A stretch of DNA of 64,000 nucleotides from Chrysemys picta bellii (Eukaryota): contig NC_088794.1 in NCBI RefSeq assembly GCF_011386835.1, forward strand, positions 2,852,001-2,916,000, written 5' to 3'. Of this stretch, positions 56,784-64,000 are shown one piece after another. Under the pieces are notes generated by a model, which had not been told where the DNA came from, ran no database searches, and saw only the letters and a list, made by a program, of their open reading frames with translations. Position 1 is the stretch's first letter. The number at the start of each line of letters is the position of its first letter. Made by a program: the position numbers and the translations under genes.

Positions 56784-58131
56784 GGTGGCGTCTGCTCTGC
56801 TCTCAGCTCCGGCTGCACCTGGCCGCGTCTGCTCTGCCCACTTCCTCTCGCACCGAGAAGCGAAAGGAAACGGTGACGCGCCCGGTGACGCCCTCCCATT
56901 GGCCACCCCATCCCTGCGCTCCCCCGGCAGGCAGGGCTGGCCCCCATGGGGCAGTAGGGGGCGCTGTGCTGCAGGGAACGAGGTGCGGGGCCCAGCAGGG
57001 GGCGCTCCCCCTTGGCAGTCCTGGCTGGGCCCTGTGGGGCGCCGTGGGGCACAGAGACAGACAGACACTCAGGGAGCCCTTTTCTCTCATCCGGTATTTA
57101 TTGGCCTCCTGCCCAGAGCCCGGGCGCGACCCACACCGAGCTCCCCACTCCGCCGTCTCCTCATGCCAGTGACGAAGAAAAGTCCCCCAGAGCCTTGCAG
57201 TGAGGTGCTGGCCTCGGCGAGAGCCAGGCTCTGAACTGTCCCAGGGGGGCCCGGGCTTTGGGGGAACCGAGCTAGGAAAGCCCAGAGCCAGCCCGAGAGA
57301 GAAGGATTTGACCAGACCCATGGGCCCATCTAGCCCGGTATCCCGCCTCCACCCTCAGAAACATCCCCCGGCTCAGACCCATCGGCCCAGCCAGTTTTAG
57401 GGGACAGGGGAATGGCTATAGGGGGCAGGGGGAGTGAGTGAGGGGGTTGGGGGCGATTTGGGGGGCATGGCTATGGGGCAGGGAATGGATGAGGGGACAG
57501 GTGTAGCTGAGGGGGCGGGGAGAGGATTTGGGGGGCTGGGAGGTGATTTGGGGGTACAGTGGGCAGATGGGGGGCTGGGGCTTAGGGAGGGGACGGAGAA
57601 TTTGGGAGCTTGCCTCCACACAGCCCCACAGCAGACACCCCACTTGACATCCGCATCCCCTTCCCACCGCCCCACCCCGCGGCTGGGCCCAAGCAGCGTC
57701 TGCAGCTTCCCGCCGAGCGTCTCCGTCCATGGCCAAGTCTCTGCTGAGCCCTGAGCTTCCCCTGAAGCCGGGCATTTCCTGTGTCCGGCCGGCACTGAGA
57801 GCCCCCTGGGCGGCTCGTCCGTCGGGGTGTCTGTGCCGTGGGGGGTCTCCCATGTCCTAGGCTGCCTGTGGTCACAACAGCCCAGCCGGCTCCTGGTGAT
57901 GCACCTCCGGCAGCCCGGTGAGGTGCCCCATGGCTCCTGTGTCCTGGGCTGCCCCGTGGCAGAGTCTCTCAGGGGTCCGGTGGCCGGAGCTGTCCCCTGT
58001 GGGAGCTGTCCCCATAGGCCGTCTTCTCCCGATCTCACCTCCCTCCGGCTCCTCCGCCCCCATCTCCCCTCCTCCAACTCATCTGCCCCCATCTGCCCCC
58101 CGATCGCCCCCCATCTCACCCCCCCGCCCCC

Positions 58132-58778
58132 TCAGGGCTTGCCCCGGCTGTGGACCCGGCGGTGTTTGACCACGTGGGAGCGCTGGCTGAAGCCGCGCCC
58201 GCACTCCCCGCAGGTGTAGGGCTTCTCCCCAGTGTGGACGCGCCGGTGCTTGAGCAGGTCGGAGCTCTGCAGGAAGCTCTTGCCGCAGTCGGCGCAGCCG
58301 AAGGGCCGCTGGCCGGCGTGGACCCGCTGGTGCTGGAGCAGGCTGGAGCTGTGGCCGAAGCGCTTGCCGCAATCGGCGCAGCCGAAAGGCCGCTCACCAG
58401 AGTGGGTGGCCTGGTGCTTGAGCAGGTGGGAGCTGCGGCCGAAGGCCTTACCGCACTGGGTGCAGCGGAAGGGGCGGGCGCCGGAGTTGGCGCGCCGGTG
58501 CTGGAGCAGGTTGGAGCTCTGGCTGAAGGCCCGGCCGCAGTCGGGGCAGCGGTAGGGGCGCTCGCCCGTGTGGACGCGCTGGTGCCGCACCAGGTCGGAG
58601 CTCTGGCTGAAGGCCCGGCCGCAGTCGGGGCAGCGGTAGGGCCGCTCGCCCGTGTGCGTGGTCTGGTGCTGGAGGAGGTGCGAGCTCTGCCGGAAGGATT
58701 TCCCGCACTCCGGGCACTGGTAAGAGCGGCCGGCCGGCTTGCGGCAGTGGGTCGGGGCTGCAGCCGCCCCGGCAGCTG
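58132..58778 (-). CDS. Terminal exon of a C2H2 zinc-finger gene, 7 fingers (upstream exons outside the window)
   Basis: Acceptor ctctctccccAG|CAG. Seven CxxC...H repeats with TGERP-type linkers; TGA at 58132; AATAAA on the minus strand at 57097-57102. Confidence 0.85.
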
Positions 58779-58834
58779 CTGGGGAGAGAGAAAGGAAATC
58801 GGGATGTGAACAGGGCAAATTGATCCCCCAGGAC

Positions 58835-61800
58835 TGGAAGAGGAGGTTATGTACCTGTAACTGGAGGTTCTTCGAGATGGGCGGTCCCGATCTGTATTCC
58901 ATGGAGGGCCGTGCGCCCAGAGCCGGAGAATTTGAAAGTAGCGTCTGTTACGACTGCATCTCCAGTTCCTTCTCCACTGCAAATCTAACAGCTCCATGGC
59001 AGAGGGGAAGGAGGGCGGAGTTGGAATCCAAATAGGGGACAACACATCTCCAAGAACCTCCAGTTACAGGGAAGTAACCTCCTCTCCTTCTCCGAGCGAT
59101 GGTCTCTATTGCGTTCCGCTCAGGGCGATGACCAAGCAGTGCCGAATTCAGAGGAGGGTGTGAGGAAGAGGATGGAGGCCCGCCGAGACCTCGCACCAAG
59201 GCGTGTGCCGAACTCCGCATGGCCGCTCGACTGTGACACTCTGTACCCCAAAGCAACACCCTGGCACCCCCATATTGACAGGGCAATGGGATTACGATAT
59301 GGTTTGTACAGTGCATGCCTTGTGAGGTAACCCTTTAAAAGTCTTGATCTGTTGATCATTAACACCCTGTTGGATGGTGTGAGCTGTCCCTGGATGGGAA
59401 GTTATGAAGTTTTGCTCTGTGTGTGTGACTGAAATATGTTGTGAGGTTGGGAACACCCACAACCAGCCTTTCAGGTGCAACAATGGAGCAGCCAGACGTG
59501 CTGGTGGCCCATTAAAGGAATCCACACTCCCAAGGACTGTTGTAGGAGCTGTATACAATGGAGACTTCTCAGAGAGAGCACGTGGACAATGGAAGCTGCT
59601 TGACTCACGTCATAGCAAAGGGTCTTTCCAGAGAGCTGGAAGAGGGGAAATGACATCATCACTTGGCCTCACCCCCCCTCACCTCCAACTGAACACCTGG
59701 AAACACGTCTGGAGAACAAAGACTGAACTGGGGCGGGGGGCCTAGGCTGGACAGGAGAATACCAGCCTGCGTAGTAAGGAACTAGACCATCAGGGTGAGA
59801 CACGGCTTGATTCAAATCCTGTCTAGTTTATAGAACTCAGGTTGCGATTTGACGTTTACTTCTTAGGAAACCGACTTTGATCTGTGCGCTTATTACTTAG
59901 AATCACTTCACACCCGTCTGTCTGTAGTTAATAAACCCGTTTTATATTTTACCTAAAGCAGTGGGCTTTGGTTGAAGTGCTTGGGAGATCTGCTCCGGAA
60001 CCAGAGCTGGTGCATGTCCTCTCCGCATTGAGGGAGGGGTGGACTGGGTAATGAACTCGCACCGGCCAGGCTTCTGAGCAGGGCAGGACAGCACAGCCCT
60101 GGGGTTGTAGGCTGGGGATCTGGGGGCGAATTGGCTGGATCCCCTCTATTGACAGTTCACGAGTGGCTGGGAGATCAATCACATAACTCAGCTGGGTGTG
60201 TCCCTGGCGGGGTGAATGCAGGACCTGGAGGGGTCTGCAGCTTGTCACAGCATCCCAGTGTGAGAGGGAGCCCAGGTTGGTGGGACAGAGGGCTCAGCGG
60301 TACCCCAGTTCCAGGCTGCACCCCAGGGAACCCGTCACACCGACATACGTCCGAAAGCGGCAGGTCGCACAGGGTGGCTGTAGTTGGCACTCGCGCGCTT
60401 GAGGAAAGGGGCCCTCACCCCACGGGGTGGAGACCATCCTGACAACCGATAGAGCCGAACGCCCCCCAAATGCACTTAGAAACCCTCCATGTGGAGACTG
60501 TTTAGCGCCAGAACCGAAAGGATCATGGGGCGGGCAGTCTAGGGGACGTCCGGAAAGGTCTTGTCCTCTGCAGGTGGAAGGCCAGGGCCTGGTGGACGTC
60601 GAGGGAGGGAAGGCGCCGCTCCTCCGCCAAGGCGGGAGGCTTCGGAAAGAAGCGGATGGGCTGGTTGAGCTGAAACCGGGGGATGACCTTTGGGAGAAAC
60701 TCGGGGTGCAGGCGCCAGGAGGCTTTGGGGGGGCCCCCCCTCCCGGCCCCCCGTTCACCGACCTGTCTTGCGGAAGGAATTGCTCCAAGGAAGTGCGATT
60801 TCATTCACATCGCGCGGACGAGGTTGAGGTCCCGCAGGGGCGTGATGGGCGGGAAGGTTCGGAGCAGATCTGGCCGTCAATGGCTGCGTACGGATGGACG
60901 GACGGCGTGTCCGCGCACAGGGGGGCGAAGGGTGCTGAGAGCCGCTAGGTGGACCGTGATGGGACGGAGAGCAAGTCCTGACATGGTCAAGCATAGAGAA
61001 GGGGCACGTTCATGTCGTCGGGGGGTGTCGGGCCCAGGAGGTGAAATGCTTCCACTTGTCCGGACAGGAGCCTGGTGGACGCCTGCCTGCCGCTCGAAGG
61101 TACGTCTTGTGCTGCCGACGAACATTCCCGTGCGACACGGCCTCCCCGAAGCGTGGGGATATTGATGTGCATTCTGGATCCCCGAGAGGTCCAGGTCCCA
61201 TGTGGGCGCCGAGGCCGGCGAGCAATGTGCCCGTGACGATCGTGTCCAGAGAAGACAGGAGGAAAGGCATCACGTGCCTGGGGACCGTCTACCACTGGAG
61301 CGAGGAGAACACCTCCGGTGGGGGTGGGGGAGACGACAGAAAGCCCATGGTCTGTCGCACGGGTGAACCGGCTCTCCGGAGTCACAGCTGAAGACAGCGA
61401 AGGCAGAAGCGAGTGAAGATGGTGACTGACGTACGTGTGGCCAAGGAGGGATAGGAAGGTCCTGACCGGAACAGAAGGACCATTGATTACTCAGGTGACG
61501 AGTTCCCGCAGGGTCTGGAACCTGTCCCTCACCAGGTCGACCCGTGCCGAGACCACATCGATGGAGGCCCCTGTGATATCCAGGGACCATGTGGGAACTG
61601 AAGTCGATTTTTCGACACTGACACTCGTGTCCAGGGGAGGAATGGCAGCGTCCTCGGATCGCGCGGCTAGCAGCCAGTGGTCGAGGGAGGGGAATCTAAA
61701 GACCCTGTGATGCCAGCGGTGGGTGGCTACGACAGAGGAAACTTTGGGGAAGACCCGTGGAGCAGGGGTGAGTCCAAAGGGTAGGACCCTGGATTGGAAG

Positions 61801-63615
61801 TGCGGAGGGCCCACCGCGAATCTCAAGAGCTTTCTGGGGGTTGGGTGGACGTCTCCGTGAAAACAGGCATCTCGCACATTGAGAACCATGAACCATCCAG
61901 AGACGGGAAGATGGCTGCCACGGTGACCATCCGAAACTTGGGCTTGTGGATGAAGCGACTGAGGAGACGGGGATCCAGGATTGGTCTCCACCTTCTTCTG
62001 GGGTACCAAGAAATACGTGGAACAGAACCCCGTGCCCTGAGAGTCCACAGGAACCTGCTCTATCGCCTCCCCTTTGCCGTAGGGAGCTGACCGCTAGAGC
62101 GAGGACGCTGTCGTGAGCGGGGTCCCTGAGGAGGGATCAGGGTGCGGGAACATGGACGAGGCAGCGCTGTGAACTCCATCGTATAGCCATGTCGAACGGC
62201 AGCCGGGACCCGCTCGTCCGTTGTTACCGCACTCCAAGCTGGTACGAAGAGCGCTAGGACCACTCCCCCCCCGAGGGGGTGTGTGTGTGTGTTTGCCCCG
62301 TTCTTCCTCCGGTGGAATACGGAAGTGCCCCGCCACCCTGCGTAGGAGGTCCCGGAACCGGCGAAAGCCGTCTGGAGCCAAGGACACAGGTGTATCTGGA
62401 AGGGCTCCTGTGCCGGCGGCACCGAGCTGAGCGGCTCACCCTCCAGAACCGGTTCTGAACGCCTACGCGAGAGTGCCCAAAGCCATCCGACTCCTCCGAG
62501 GCTGAAAACGCAGATCCTGGTCCCAACGGCGGTACCGGTGGAGCCGTATACACCATAGGGGAACGGGGAGTGAGAGCACGACTGGACCGAGGTACGTCCT
62601 GGGCTGGAGCCAGGCAGACGGCAGAGGGAGACATGCAGAATTCGGCTCCGCAAGGGCAAAGAGTTCACGTGGCTCCGGCGCCGTCTCTCACCTCCTCGGT
62701 GTGACTATTTCGAAACCACCAGTTCCCCTAACTGAAGGGGAGCCAGTAGGGAAGGCGTGTGCGGCTCGGGGCTTCGTCCCAGTGGATCCCCCGGCCTACA
62801 CGATTTCTTGTCCTGCTTGTGAGCCTGGGAAGGCGGCGTTTCTCCGGGGCGGGAACTCACGGAAGGTGCATCGTCTCCTTAGGCCTGGAGGAAGACTTAC
62901 TGCCGTGCTTACGCGCCTGCTTCCTTGCGTCCGGGCTAGGCGCCGGCATAGTAGTGGTACCCCCGGACCCGGACCCGTTCTCCGCTGTCGGAGGCGCGTT
63001 CCTGGGTTTCTCAGGGGCTGCCCGGCTGGGTCCGACGGCGGCCTCATGGCACCCCTGGGAGATGCTTGCTGAGGTCAAGAGCCCGGCCTTCCCGGGTACG
63101 GCTGGGAGGAGAAGCAGCCATTGCACCTGGATGCAATGTGGGCTTCCCCCAAGCAGGAGAGGCGGCATTGATACGAGAACGAACACGGGCCGGCAGCGCA
63201 GGCCTCGAACCCCGGCGTCTTCGGCATAATCCAGTACACAGGCGCAGGTGCTGGGGTGGGAGGGGCTGGTAAACGGAGTCCCCAAAGTCTCTCATCTCCT
63301 AAGAACTACTGCTCAAGGCTCAACGCCACGAAGAACAGCAGAAACTAGAATGAAACGAGCTCTGGACAACTCTACCACGGGTCAGAGACGCGAGGACAGC
63401 AGCGGCTCCGGCTCCGACCATGCGGCAGTGGAGAAGGAACAGGAGGTGCGGTCGGTCCACCCCGCCCTTTATGGCCTTGGACGACACCATGAGGCGAAGG
63501 AAGGGCGCATGCGTGGACCAGTGGACACTATTACTTTCAAATTATCTGGGGCCAGAGAACGCGTCAACCCTTAATGGATAACAATAGGGAACATCGCTCG
63601 AAGAAGAACTGAATG
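58835..63615 (-). mobile_element. Decayed DIRS-type tyrosine-recombinase retrotransposon
   Basis: Cys-rich gag-like start MPKTPGFEAC...CLGEAH..RC at 63227. RT GFCSTYFLVPQK...LPFGLTPAPRVF...LDHWLL at 61491-62048. YR remnant EFLPKVIPRF...SLDVHQALAFHLQRTRPFR at ~60520-60800. Inverted repeat gaggaggtta...ctgtaactggaggttctt.gagatg at 58840-58878 versus 59040-59090. Many frameshifts. Confidence 0.85.
59232..60339 (+). mobile_element. Solo LTR (1108 bp) inserted in the DIRS recombinase
   Basis: TGTGAC...GTCACA termini, 5-bp TSD tcgac/ccgac, AATAAA at 59930-59935, no internal pol. Confidence 0.85.
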
Positions 63616-63621
63616 TGAAGG

Positions 63622-64000
63622 TAGAACCCAGGAGTCCTGACTCCCAGCCCCCCCCTGCTCTAACCCATCAGACCCCACTCCCCTCCCAGAGCTGGGGGGA
63701 GAACCCAGAAGTCCTGACTCCCAGCCGCCCCTGCTCTAACCTACCAGACCCCACTCCCCCCCAGAGCTGGGGGGAGAACCCAGGAGTCCTGGCTTCCAGC
63801 CCCCCCCCCCCCCCCCCCGCTCTAATCACTAGACCCTGCTCCCCTCCCAGAGCTGGGTAGAGAACCCAGGCGTCCTGGCTCCCAGCCCCCTCCACTCTAA
63901 CCCACAAGCCCCCCACTCCCCTCCCAGAGCTGGGGAGAGAACCCAGGAGTCCTGGTTCCCAGCCCGTCCTGATCTAACCACCAGACCCCACTCCCCTCCC
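63622..64000. repeat. Minisatellite of the same family as in the SEPTIN1 introns
   Basis: agaacccaggagtcctg.ctcccagcccc...ctctaacc...agaccccactcccctcccagagctggg units. Confidence 0.8.

Overview
GC-rich vertebrate genomic scaffold with three N gaps. It is an amniote, and the repeat families look turtle-like (inference). The gene content matches the human 16p11.2 cluster: TBC1D10B(-), MYL11/MYLPF(+), QPRT(-), DCTPP1(+), SEPTIN1(-) and the last exon of a 7-finger C2H2 ZNF gene(-), whose upstream intron holds a decayed DIRS retrotransposon with a nested solo LTR. The block TBC1D10B-MYL11-QPRT plus about 5 kb upstream occurs twice (1-19666 and 27754-46948); this is either a real tandem duplication or two haplotypes. 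The main find lies just upstream of QPRT in both copies: four spliced minus-strand exons (GT-AG, GC-AG, GT-AG introns) encoding a 142-aa GIN1/Ginger-type integrase N-terminal H2C2 zinc-binding module with no DDE core. All three substitutions between the copies in these exons are synonymous, and the last donor is in phase with QPRT exon 2, suggesting a domesticated-integrase/QPRT fusion transcript. Many genes carry 1-bp homopolymer indels that look like long-read consensus errors. No rRNA, tRNA or CRISPR features were seen.
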